Source: Octopus vulgaris (taxonomy: Eukaryota). Taken from it: 64,000 nucleotides of DNA. A program made the position numbers and the translations under genes. The stretch is taken from assembly GCA_951406725.2 (NCBI GenBank), contig OX597818.1, positions 61,070,001 through 61,134,000 on the forward strand, given 5' to 3'. The first letter of the stretch is position 1. Every line of letters starts with the position of its first letter. Of the stretch, positions 12,792 through 25,418 are shown piece by piece. The notes under the pieces were generated by a model. The model saw nothing but the letters and a program-made list of their open reading frames with translations. It was not told where the DNA came from and did not search any database.

Positions 12792-13020
12792 TTAACCCTT
12801 TAGCATTTAAACCGGCCATATCCGGCCAAAAGTATTCTGTCTGTTTTATGGTCAAACTGGCCAGATCTGGTCTCTCACACCAACCCTACAATATCGTTTT
12901 AAAAATTAACAGCTACCTCATCAAAATCTCATAGCTACAAGATAATGCATGATTAGTTCAAAACAATGTGGATGAAAAAGATTTAATTATGGCAGAATAA
13001 TGCGAACACTAAAGGGTTAA
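12792..13020. mobile_element. piggyBac-type MITE
   Basis: TTAA-CCCTTTAG ... CTAAAGGG-TTAA: terminal inverted repeats with TTAA target duplication. Confidence 0.85.
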
Positions 13021-14336
13021 TTTTGGTACTTGTGATTCAGTGGAAAGTACTAATGCCATGAACACGGTACTGAAAGTATATAATTGTTGTATAGACGGAT
13101 TGAATATAGCGAATGACATTCCAACGTCGGAGATCCAGTTTTTCTTTTTTCCAGGTCAAATGTCAAGGATTATATTATCTATCCTATAACCATCAGTGTT
13201 TAATCCACTCACACTGCATAACAAAACCCTGGGTTAAAATCAGATGAAACTAAAACTAGATCAGTTAATCTAAATGAAGATAAGTTGTCAGTGGAGAATT
13301 AGGCTGTTTACAAATGTCTGCTTACAGACAACATCGTTTAGAGGATTTTTTTCTCTCCAGTTTTCTAACCATGAAGCTTAACTCCAGCCAAACACTTTCA
13401 TCATAGTTTGTTTACAACACAAAGATGCAGATTGTTTACAACTGATGAGGTTATTGCTCTGACTGGGTATAGAGAGCAGTGAATAGAGTTTAGTAGAGAA
13501 AAAAAAAAGACTAAGAGATTTGTAAAGCATAGGTAAATTGGATAATAATTATATTAAGTGAAGGCTGCTGAGGTATATACTACAAGCAGAAACTATCTGA
13601 ATTACGGCTAAAAAATACGGCTTCTTTAATAAGATCATTATCCAAAGAACTAAGTTAAGATTTTCACATCTTCTGTATTCACTGTGTCTGGAACACTGGA
13701 ATAGGTTAATGATGTTAACACACATTGTAGAATCAAGAGATAGCCCTTGGTTCATGGGTATGGCATTCAAGCCAACTAATTTCTGAACAGAATATGAATC
13801 TGTTGATAACAATTCATTCAAATTGTTTTCAAAATACAAATAGCAACAAGAATAATTTTTAAAATTTTAAAGGTATTTTGAATTATTAGTGCTGAGGTCA
13901 GCAGCTGATGGTATTAACTAGAACTTGATTGAGTACAACAAGAATTTATTGCTCATGGTAAGTGTTGTCTTGGTTGTTGCATCTGGTACCTAATTTCTAA
14001 ATTAGAATAAGGACAACACTTTTGGTGAAAAAGATTATTGATTAGAGCAAATACAGAATTTAACAAAGAAGCTCCTTCTCAGGAGGGTTCGGAGTCTCAA
14101 TATGGTCACTCAGCCTGCTAAAAATAGTAACCAAATCTTCAGGTCAAAGGAAGGACAAAGCATTTAAAGATGTACAAAGAGACACCTCTGATCTTGGATC
14201 TGCTTGACAAGGGCTCACCTTGGGATAAACAACAACCTGGAAGAATGAAAAGCAAAAGTAACCATGGCAGAGTTCAGAGTTCGAACATCAAAGGAGCCAA
14301 AGCACCACTGATTAAGCCAGCCTCCTTCCCTTTTTA

Positions 14337-14368
<32 letters not shown>

Positions 14369-15041
14369 TAAAATAATGTCAACAGAATTACAACTGAAAT
14401 AATGTATCTTTGGGAAAAATACATTCTACTGCTTGGCTAAGCTGCTTACTTATCAGAGTGTAGGACAATGTGCAGAGCAAATTCATTGCTAGGCCTTGCT
14501 TAGAATAAATAAAGTATTACAAATAAAAGGATTCCTTCTAATCAAAGAGACTCAATCAGACATGAATGTTACTGAAGCTGAATAAAGGCTGTTGTTTAGT
14601 GGAAGAGTGTCAGGTTTCAAACCCTGTGCCTAATTTGAATACTGCTTTACTTGAACAAACTCTAGAAGCGATAGAAAGAACAGTAGAATATGAAAGTGCT
14701 TTTAGCAGTAATTGAGGAAGCCTCTACATGGTTGATTGGCTTGAAAGAAATAGCAGTTGAATGTTCATTAAATTACACCCTATTGCCTTAAATAAACAAG
14801 GATACACTGACCACTGTGGTTCTAATCATACAAAAGGACAGAACAGTCACAGCTGAATCACCTTTGACCATAGGTCTGTTTGGTCAGGGCTGACTTGAGA
14901 TGTTGGGCAACAGCAGCTATGTTTAAGGATGAAAATGATGTTTATCTCTGTCAAAAAGAAACATACTTTTAGGCTTTTACTGGGTTCTCTCATTAGACTC
15001 TGCCCATGCTGGAACACCACTTTGAAGAATTTTACTCGAAT

Positions 15042-15447
15042 AGGCATAGGAGTGGCTGTGTGGTAAGTAGCTTGCTTACCAACCACATGGTTCCGAGTTC
15101 ATTCCCACTGTGTGGCACCTTGGGCAAGTGTCTTCTACTATAGCCTCGGGCCGACCAATGCCTTGTGAGTGGATTTGGTAGATGGAAACTGAAAGAAGCC
15201 CGTCGTATATATGTATATATATATATATGTGTGTGTGTATATGTTTGTGTGTCTGTTTGTCCCCCTAACATCGCTTGACAACTGATGCTGGTGTGTTTAC
15301 GTCCCTGTAACTTAGCGGTTCGGCAAAAGAGACTGATAGAATAAGTACTAGGCTTACAAAGAATAAGTCCTGGGGTCGATTTGCTTGACTAAAGGCGGTG
15401 CTCCAGCATGGACACAGTCAAATGACTGAAACAAGTAAAAGAGTAAA
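15042..15447 (+). mobile_element. SINE family A
   Basis: Full head-to-tail copy. Confidence 0.88.
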
Positions 15448-15474
15448 ACAGAATAAACCCAGGAATTTTTTCCC

Positions 15475-15735
15475 TTTTTATACCTGGTACTTATTCTATC
15501 AGTGTCTTTTACTGAACTGCTAAGTGGGGACATAAACACACCAACACTGGTTATCAAACAGTGGTGGAGGACAAACAGACACACGCACACATGATTAACT
15601 TCTTTCAGTTTCTGTCTACCAAATCCACTCTGAAGACTTTGGTTGCCCTGAGTTTATAGTAGAAACACTTACCCCAAACGTCATGCAGTGGGACTGAACC
15701 TGGAGCCATACAGTTGAGAAGTAAGCTTCTCACAA
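15475..15735 (-). mobile_element. SINE family A, older diverged copy, tail-to-tail with the previous one
   Basis: gtacttattctatcagt...tctttcagtttctgtctaccaaatccactc...cagtgggactgaacc. Confidence 0.8.
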
Positions 15736-16920
15736 GATAGGGACCATTTATCTTAGTTAAATCTTATTTTAATTTCCTTTAGAATGAATTTATTTCCTTT
15801 TTTTTTCTTGAAGAACCAATATGTTGTTTTTTGTTTTTTTTTCAATTCGAAGCTTCTATCTTGTATAATGAGCTTATATCTGACAAAAGGTTCAATTTCA
15901 CAGGCAGCTCTGAGAGTTTTGATCTTGATGAGATCTATGCACAGAGAATTTTAATTCAGTAAACATACTTCATGTAGTAATGTAAAGCCAGAGCCTTAGG
16001 CTGTCAGTTGATTAAGATTGCAATCTAAATGAAACGAACATTCATCAACACATACACTGCATGAAATGTTTAACTAAATTGTTTGTTTTCTGACTGTAGA
16101 GGAATGCGCTGGGAAAAGGTGAGTTACCTGTCATATAAAAATGACACACATACACACATGATATTTTCCCGGTCTCTGAGTGTTTGAGTAAATGTACTAA
16201 ATATTAATTTTTCATTCACCAAAGAAATGAAAGAGAAACTAGACTGAATGCTCAACCTTAATTATACTGCTGAAATGATCAATAAGGTATTCAGAAGACC
16301 GTTATTAACTGCATGTGTTTGTGTGTGTGTAAATGCACAAGGCTTCAGTTTCATGAGGTTTTTTTTTCCTACTCTTTGATCAACCCATAATAGAGATGCA
16401 TCAAAACAGATTCCAGAAGACTGATATTCCAAAGAAAAAAAATGTTAATATGACTTGAAGTTATCAATATTTCACTATTTCTTTCCTCATCTCTCCTGTA
16501 TAATTGACCAAACTTAGTGGGTTATAATAGCAAATTATTTTATCAGTCCTCACAAAGATGAAACAACAAGAGAACTCACAATAGGTTTCTATTTCATGAA
16601 CATGAGATGCTAAATATTTCGTTTGAAATTTCGCCTTTTTCTACGACTACTATTACTACCACCACTACCACAACTGCTTATGTCAAGAAGCGGAAAAAAT
16701 ATAAATATCAAAATACAGGTAAAATTTTCAGAAATTAACTTTTTTAATGCATTCCCAAGGGAACAAGCATGCCACAAGTTACTTCTCTTATGGTAGAGGG
16801 AATAGGTTGGGTATTCATATTTGGAGACAGATACACACCCAGAAATATTGGCAGAGGTGTTAGAACATCAGACGAAATGCTTCATGGTATTTGTTCCATC
16901 TCCATGGTATTTGTTCCAAA

Positions 16921-17140
16921 GGCAGAATCGTTAGCATACTGGGCAAAATGCCTTGTGGTATTTCATCCGCCAATGCGTTCTGAGTTCAAATTCCGCCGAG
17001 GTCGACTTTACCTTTCATCCTTTCAGGGTCGATTAATTAAGTACGAGTTATGCACTGGGATCGATGTAATCGATTTAATCCACTTGTCTGTACTTGTTTG
17101 TCCTCTCTGTGTTTAGCCCCTTGTGGTTAGTAAAGAAATA
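16921..17140 (+). mobile_element. SINE family B
   Basis: ggcagaatcgttagc...gagttcaaattccgccgaggtcgac...gtaaagaaatag. Confidence 0.85.
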
Positions 17141-17329
17141 GATATTTGTTCCATCTCTTGGCATTCTAAGGCTGAAATCCCACCGATTTCATCTTGTCAG
17201 AGTCAATAAAAAGTAGCAATCTAAGATGTTGGATTGGTAAAAATTGAGAGAATACTGGACCAGTTGTTTAGCAGTATCTGTTCCAGCTGTTCACATTCTA
17301 AGTGCCAATGTCGCCATTGACCTACGTGG

Positions 17330-18060
17330 ACACTAGGCTTAACCCTTTATCCAGTTTTAAGACAACCCTTTAGTATATCGAGTACTTTTAGTGGTGTCTA
17401 TTTGGATGCATTCAAAACAAGTTTCTGGTTTGAGAATACCCTGTCCCTTCCCTCTTACCTGTCTTGGAGGCCTTATAAAGAATCACAAGCACTACCTAGT
17501 CCGATGACTAAAAATGTAAACACATACTTATATAGCTCTACCAACCATACTAACAGATGCCATTATATATTGCCAGTCACTATTTCCATTCTTCCTTTGT
17601 GTCCCTCTCTTACATTTTGGCTGGAATTATTCCACTCTGTCATCTTCCTTCATTCTTCAAATTCTTCCGAAAGATTTCTCCCAATCTCTTGGATGCTGCT
17701 CAACAACAAATGCGCATCTATAATCCATAAGCCTTTCAACACATCAGACCCAACTGATCTGGTGCTTTTGATGTCCTTCATCACATCATTCACTCCATTT
17801 TTGAATTATGATATTTAAGACATGATCCCACAATGACAGTTCTACTATGAATATTTCCATGACCCTCTCCACGAGAGCCAGTCATTGTTCTTCTATCTTT
17901 AAGTGCATGTTTCACTTATATATAGAAGAACAGGCAGGACACTGCGATTAAAGAGATTGGTAAGCAGTGTCTCGTTAAGCTGTGCTTTGAGCACATCTTC
18001 TATTGAAGCAAATACCTTCCACCCATCTCTTACTCTGGGAGAGATTTCAGCATTCATGAC
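17330..18060 (-). mobile_element. RTE-clade LINE fragment (decayed post-RT region)
   Basis: Minus strand at about 17900-18058 translates MNAEISPRVRDGWKVFASIEDVLKAQLNETLLTNLFNRSVLPVLLYISETCT*, matching the RTE motif EI..R...GW..F...LFN..VLP.LLYG.ETW. Boundaries approximate. Confidence 0.65.
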
Positions 18061-18481
18061 TCAACATATACTTACTTTTTTTTTTACCTTTTTACTTGTT
18101 CCAACACAGTGGGACTGAACCCGGAACTATGTGGTTGGTAAGCAAGCTACTTGCCACTCCTACTTACTGTTTCAAAAAGATGTACTCTTTCACTTCAATT
18201 TCATCACTTCCTACTACTCTGTGGCCTTGTACTATCCTTTCAGACTGCTTGTATTTTGTTTACGTATGATAAGCTCTACTGTAAGAGTCAGGAAGGATTC
18301 TCTTCAAAGCTCTTCACTGCATGTCTCAAACCGATCACCAGAGACACTGATTGAAAAGGTAGCATGAATATTAATGGTGAGTTGCTAATAAGCCTCTGAA
18401 TCACAGTTGACACCATGTTCCTCACCGAAACCTCAGATCAGTTGCAGACTTAGTATGTTAATGTCTCCTTGTCTCGACACA

Positions 18482-18703
18482 AGCTGGCAGAATCGTTAGC
18501 ACGTTGGATGGAATGCTTACTGGTATTTCGCCCTCCCTACATTCTGAGTTCAAATTTCGTCAAGGTCGACTTTGCCTTTCATCCATTCGGGGTCAACTAA
18601 ATAAGTACCAGTTATGCACAGGGGTCGATATAATCGACTTAATCCGTTTGGCTGTCCTTGTTTGTCCTCTCTGTGTTTAGCCCCTTGTGGGTAGTGAAGA
18701 AAT
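18482..18703 (+). mobile_element. SINE family B
   Basis: agctggcagaatcgttagc...gcctttcatccattcggggtc...gaagaaatag. Confidence 0.85.
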
Positions 18704-18954
18704 AGGTTGTGCACGAATGTCGCTGTCATGCAAGTGGTGTCCTTTGCTGCCAATCCTGAATGAATACTTGTCTGGCTACAGGAAGATATTACCTGGCTTG
18801 GAAACAAGTGAGGGTTGGCTACAGGAAGGGCATCCAGCTGTTGAAAATTTGCCTCAACAAATTTCATCTAACTCATGCAGCCATAGAAAAGTAGATGTTA
18901 TAATAGTGACGACGATGCAGTGTACATGGATAAATACATAAATCATACAGTCTT

Positions 18955-19900
18955 TGAAGATTTTGAGAATAGCTCTCTATGGCAGCTCCTTTATGCTGAT
19001 GACCGAGTTCTTATAATGGAATCAGCAGAGGATGTAGGAAAGAAATTCTAGATATGGAAGCAAAACGTAGGACAGATCTTATGGTTAACTTAACAAGCAT
19101 GAGAGAAGATTGAGCTCTGCTGACGCCAGGGAAATGGCCATGGTCATTGTATTCAAACAAAGTAATTGAGAATTCTATCTGATAAACTATGGACATACAA
19201 GAGGTGCACAGGGATCAGAGAGAGGCTAACAGAGGAAGTACACTGCATGTGAGAGATGTGCAATGACAATATACACAAAGAGCAAATGCAAAATAGATGA
19301 CATTGAAAGGTCTCTAGGGAGTTGTTTTATAGCATCTGCTACCACGGTGAACTAATTAGCAGTGGGGGTGAGTATTCTGAGAGCATAGTGACCAGAGTTG
19401 GCAAGAAAAAGATAATTTTTCTTTAGAGTGAAGAGTGAATTGTATGATGTGCGCTAAGAGCAATGCCACATGGGAGTGAGACATGGGCCTTGAATATAGA
19501 GGATTTGCTAAGACTAGAAAGAAATGAAGCAAAGATGTTTTGCTGGATGTGTAATGTTAGCATGCATGAATGACAGAGGATTAATGAGTTGATAGGAAAG
19601 TTGAATGTAAAAGGAATCAGATTAGTGTGCTAAGAGAAGACTGTATTGATATAGGCAAGTGTGATATGTATGGGAGATGAAGGCTGTATAAAGATATGCG
19701 GATATGCTGTACACTCAAAGTGAATGGAATCAGTAGAAGAAGGAGACCAAGAAAGATGCAGGAAAAAGTGGCCAAAACTGATCTCGAGATGATGCACCTC
19801 ATGCAGGAGATGATGGTGTGTTGATTGGTAATTTGTAAGGTCAGCAAATACCAGATCACGGCAAAAAAATCCCCCACCAACTGTACAAGCATGGTAAATC
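18955..19900 (+). mobile_element. RTE-clade LINE 3' fragment, heavily decayed
   Basis: Colinear with 44622-45720: (Q)LLYADD, GKWP, gagacatgggccttgaat, RLERNEA and WMCN segments, with many stops and frameshifts. Confidence 0.7.
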
Positions 19901-21135
19901 TTAAGACACAAAATGGTGGAAGTCGTATAGATTGCATGTGTGCATGTACATACATGCTGCTATATCTACTATAGCTGTCTCCCCTGCACCTTGACACCCA
20001 CTTATTTTCCCTCCACCTTTAGCTCTGTCATTGTACCATTTGTTGACATAAGATTCACCCACTTTCTTTCCAATTTCTCTTAAGAGAAGAGTAGTCTCTA
20101 TAAGACTATTCCCAGTATATTCCACTTTCATCCACACTTCCTGTACTGGCAGGCATCCACCTGTCCACTGTCTGCCATCATACTCCTCAACCAGTTCGCA
20201 TCATTGCTCTTCCTTCTGTCCTGTTGGTCAAGTTGCCTTGAATGTATACATCTCAGAATACTGAGAATTCCTCTATCGTTCAACCATCTACTATATCTTC
20301 TGCATCATTTAGTGTTGACTCATCTTTCATTCACACCCATAGAACCCCTGTCTCTGCCCTGCTTCTCTTTACCATTCTCACAGAACTTGGCTGTCTAAAG
20401 AAAGCGGTGAGTCTCTCCACATTCTAGTATGTTCCTCTCATCTTACTACAGAGACCTTTGGATCTACCTGGACCTCTCATCTCTCCAATACTACATCCTT
20501 TTCTTATTCTAATCATCCTAACTCACTCACCCATCCTGAAGCAGTTTAACAGTTACCCCTTCTATATTCTCGCCCTTTCTCACACAAGCTGGTATAGTAT
20601 CCCATCATTCCCTACTACCACTTGTCCACTTACATTATTTGATATCACTTCCACCCCTTTTACAACTCTCTCAACCCTGTCACTCTGTCTCACCTTGCAA
20701 TCTTTCGTTCCCTCATCAGCCAGGTTACACTCAATAAACACATTAGGAGAGAGGCAAGACCCTTCAACCTTTGGAGTATGGGCCAAATCCACTACTGTTT
20801 GTGACACTACATCCACCCAGAATATTCTGTAAAGGGGTTGATGAGCAAACAGAAACATAGGGTTGAGAGGAGCCTTTAGTCTTGCAGGGGTAAAAGGCTA
20901 CCTCTCTGGTGCTGATGCCAGGAAAATCTGCATCCACTGCACTCTGTGAAGTGTGAAGGCTTCAGCCTTTTAGAGTGGTCGAGGACGCATCTAGAATGTT
21001 TTGTAAAATGGCAGCTGTGAGGAAGTACATTGAGCCATAGAAACAGAATTTAAAAGTGAAATGTATAAATGATAAGTGGTCCTTTCACCCATGCCAACAT
21101 GGAAAGCTAACATGAAATAATGATGATATGTAAAA

Positions 21136-21166
<31 letters not shown>

Positions 21167-22109
21167 GTTGTGCTTTGTTATATATGTAATACATATGAGA
21201 GTACAAGAAAACAGAAAAAAAAATAAACTAAGAAGAATATAATGTATAAGAACCACTGATCTGCAACTGAAAATAACATTTGATGCTCATTTTATTTTAC
21301 TGTTTATAAGAAATAAAATCAGAAAAAAAGCAAAAAAAGAAAAAAGGAAGAAAGAAAAAAGGAAGAAAGAAAAAAGAATTCTCACACATAAGAAAGACTC
21401 AGAAACAAATACAAAAAAAAAAAAAAAAGTTTTATATATTTTCATTCAAAAATTTAAATTATCAATTTATGCAGTAAAAAGAATTTTAGGTAATATTAAG
21501 CCAATTTGGTGTTAACGGTTACAATACAATATGATAAAGAATAAATGATAAAAATTAAATATTCCAAAATGGTAATTTTCCCAGCTAATTCTCATGTGTT
21601 ATTTGCCATGCTACCTAGCTATGTATCTAAATGAGCATGGGCTCGTTGTTTCAATCAGAAAATCAGATTTATATAGCTTTTAAACATTTTATGGCATTTG
21701 GCTGATTGTTATTTTTCCTGACTTAACTATTATGATTTTATAGTGAAAGATTAAACTAACTGCTCATTGGGGAGTTAGCTTATTGCTTCGGTACCGATAG
21801 GCAAAGAGCGATAGATCTAAAAATGTAAAAGATCTTTGCGAAAAATCAAAAGATTTAATTTTCAATAAACTCTAACATTGTCCAATATTAACCTTTATTT
21901 TAATAGTCATAAAGCTTTATTTCTCACAATATAAACAATTATTTAAATTCGTGTGGATGTGAGTGTATGTGAACACTTTCCTGTATTATAAAGGACAAAA
22001 GGGGGAATAGCCTGTATTGTAAATATCCAAGGAGAATTCATTGTTGCTTGATTTATTCTATATTTAAAATATTAAGAGATGACAGTTAAGTAAGAAAATA
22101 TTCTAGGGA

Positions 22110-22126
22110 ATAACAATAAAAGATAT

Positions 22127-22166
<40 letters not shown>

Positions 22167-22241
22167 GATATAATAATAATAACAACAATAAAAGATATAA
22201 TAATAATAATAATTATTATTATTATATCTTTTATTGTTATA

Positions 22242-22282
<41 letters not shown>

Positions 22283-22285
22283 CAT
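22110..22285. repeat. (AAT)n/(ATT)n fold-back microsatellite with central palindrome
   Basis: aacaataaaagatat(aat)n aa | tt(att)n atatcttttattgtt, centred near 22211. Confidence 0.85.
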
Positions 22286-23830
22286 AATTGATCATATGAA
22301 TACTAAGAGAGAACAAAATAAACTATAACTGCGTTAAGTTTGTAAAATATCAGTTAATAGCCGAGCGAGTCCAGGTGATTTGCATAGTACTGCAGGTTTG
22401 AAAGCAGAGAGTGGAAAGCTATGGAAGGACAGTGAGTAATAATTTGTTTGCTTTGGCTTAGATTTAGTAAGAGAGCTTTTAAATGAAGATTAAAATTTTT
22501 GGTGTGGTCAACTAGAGTTTAGCATTTATTGAAATTCTTCGGCATAAATACGTGAACAATGTATGTGCACTAAGGCACTCCTAATTATACAAGAAGACAA
22601 GTGGATGGAAAACTTGAAGATTATCACTTAAAACCAATATTCAAAATACATTTCTACAAACTCGGTTCCAGTTAAAATGTGTGTGAGAGATATCTGAACT
22701 TATAAAATCTTTTTGCAGAAGTTTGTCACAGGGTAAAAACAAAAAACAAAAAAATTCTGGACACCCACCATTCTCTTCATGTGGAAAACCTTTAAATATC
22801 TCTCAAACATACTTGAACTGGTTAACAACTTTGCTTACTCTCAATCACTGCTTCGTGCCTCAATTCAAAAATCTTTACATATATATTTTCAGAATACAAT
22901 CTTATTTGAAACGTAATTTAGCTTAACTGATTCATAACTGTTTCATCTTTACTCTTATTAAGTTAACATTAATTAGACATGCTTTTTAAAAAAATTAATT
23001 GATGTATTTGCACAGAATTGGAGTAATTGTTTCAATAGCTGGATACCATTTCCACTGTCAACCAATTAACTTGTGAAGTAGAAATGCAAGTTTTTATTAG
23101 TCAAAAACTTGAAACAGAATTATGTGCCTTACCCAGGAGCATAATAATGATTTAAGTAAAATTTGAAATCACAACCATGTGGTCTGAAGCAGTATAGTAA
23201 TTACTGTCACTATTCTTACGACATTCGGTAATCAATACCGAAATAACGAGCTTTTAGTCATTTCTGCTATTGTCTTTTCTAAACATGTACTTAAAAATTT
23301 TACAAATAGCAAAGCGACAGAAACAGGAATCAATGAATTAAAATTGATGATTTGGTTTAAACAGTGATTAAATTTCAAGTTACCTAAGCAATCAAAGCAA
23401 GATATTTTAACTATTCAATAATTAGATAACATTAGATTCGAATGTCTAAAAAGCTGACATAGTTCAAAATTCTTAAGACAGAAGGAAGAAAAGAAGAAGG
23501 AATAAAAAACAGCAACTTTGTATCAGACCCTTTCACTGCAGAGTATAAAGGTAATAAATTATGAAATAGTAATTTCACAGCTAAATTAAAAAAAGAGAAA
23601 TGGAGATATTTTGCAACCTCGTTAAATATTCGAAATGACTCTGCGAGAATCACTCGTAGTCATTGAATTGAAGAATGTTATTGTGAAGAAAACATTGATA
23701 AACTAGAAAGATCGTATCTTCTAATTCCATAATTTTATAAACATGAGAAAGCTAACGTCTGTTCCAGAAAAATAAGCTAACAGTAACAGAACGGCAATTG
23801 AGAGGAGGAAGGAGAGGGAGAGTGACTTAC

Positions 23831-23992
23831 TTTCTAGGCGTTTCCTTTTCCTGCGGATAAAGAACATGATGAGACCAATGTTGAGTGCTAAAAGGAAGAT
23901 GCCAACGATGCAAACAACAAGAATTATTATGAGTGGCATGTCATCGGAATCTTGAGGCGGTGCTGCATCATGCTCCTCAGGTGGGTTTAAAT
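23831..23992 (-). CDS. NPHS1: Nephrin-like receptor exon: juxtamembrane region, transmembrane helix and basic stop-transfer motif
   Basis: Acceptor attttcag|AT and donor A|gtaagt; 162 bp, phase 1/1. HLNPPEEHDAAPPQDSDDMPLIIILVVCIVGIFLLALNIGLIMFFIRRKRKRLE. Confidence 0.92.
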
Positions 23993-24384
23993 CTGAAAAT
24001 AACAAATAAAAATAACAACAAAGGTATAAGTGGCAGAGCTTGAATTTAAAACTGATCAGGATCAATTTGACTGAGACTTAGCATTCAAACCACAAAATTT
24101 CATGGTTCAATAACATCTATGTTCATTCTTAATATTTTCTGGAAGATTGTGACAAGACAATCTCATCGCTGTTGCTCTTAATTATTGGAGAACACCTCCT
24201 TGCTTTACACCATGTGTGTTTACAATAATGTAGAGGTACTTTGAGACCCCGTAGTGTTTTATCCTCACCGTGTGTCTCATACCAAACCCATGAATCTAAC
24301 ATGAATACCATTTCAGTGTTTATAAGGAACCAACAAAGAAATTGCTGATGTCTTTTGAATGCATAGAAAAGTGAGAATCTACAG

Positions 24385-24690
24385 CAGTGGTTCCCAACCC
24401 TTTTATTTAAATGAGTTTGACCATAGACCCCTTTTAATATGTTTATCATCATCATCATCGTTTAACGTCCGTTCTCCATGCTAGCATGGGTTGGACGGTT
24501 CGACCGGGGATCTGGGAAGGCAGAAGGCTGCACCAGGCCCAGTCTTATCTGGCAATGTTTCTACAGCTGGATGCCCTTCCTAACGCCAACCACTCTGAGA
24601 ATATAGTGGGTGCTTTTTACGTGCCACCTGCACTGGTGCCAGGCGAGGCTGGCATCGGCCACGGTCGGATTGGTGCATTTTACGTGCCAC

Positions 24691-24728
<38 letters not shown>

Positions 24729-24967
24729 CAGGGATGGCCAAAAGACACCTGACAGTAAATCAAAACCCTTTCATTCCAAGATTTATTTATGTTTAACAAC
24801 TGAATGAATTTAATAAAAGCACCTAAATATGAAACATCATGAAAATTGCTGAAACTGAAGTCCTTGACAGACACACTCTTTCCAAATGAATAAATAAAAT
24901 TGAATATTAAATATTTATGGAATTTTGATTTACTGTTGGCTGACTTTGGGCCAACTCTGTGTATATG

Positions 24968-25001
<34 letters not shown>

Positions 25002-25087
25002 TATGAAATTTTGAATTTAGTTCACAGAGCCCTGTACTACATTTGTGGGCCACCAAGGGTCCATGGACCCCAGGTTGGAAACCACTG
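24385..25087. mobile_element. hAT (Charlie-like) MITE with nested insertions
   Basis: TIRs CAGTGGTTCCCAACC / GGTTGGAAACCACTG; flanking 8-mers atctacag and atcaatat (decayed TSD). Contains a family C element (~24445-24692), (TA)n and a Tc1/mariner MITE. Confidence 0.75.
24729..24959. mobile_element. Tc1/mariner-type MITE inside a (TA)n tract
   Basis: Imperfect ~37-bp TIRs CAGGGATGGCCAAAAGACACCTGACAGTAAATCAAAA / TTTTGATTTACTGTTGGCTGACTTTGGGCCAACTCTG in a TA-rich context. Confidence 0.75.
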
Positions 25088-25244
25088 ATCAATATACAAT
25101 AATGTAGTTATTCATTCTGAATCCATTCTGGCAGATTAAAATGTGAATATCTTGATTGCTGTTGTCTGAAAGTCTCCTTGCTACCAGTGACTCATGAGTG
25201 TTAAGAACACATGACATCTAAAATAGTGGAGGTATTCTTTTTTC

Positions 25245-25382
25245 ATTATTTACATTTGACTGATATTTGTCCTCATCTAGTTTGTTGTTAATGCAACGTT
25301 TCGGCTGATATACCCTCCAGGCTTCATCAGATGTCTTGGGGAAATTTCAAACCTGGGTTCTTATTCCTAAGGTATTTTTCAA

Positions 25383-25418
<36 letters not shown>

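Noticed and set aside
19900-20960. Cluster of 60-125 aa ORFs in pyrimidine-rich sequence
   Set aside because: No motifs or splice-consistent frame; probably the non-coding part of a decayed repeat next to the RTE fragment, family not assignable by eye.
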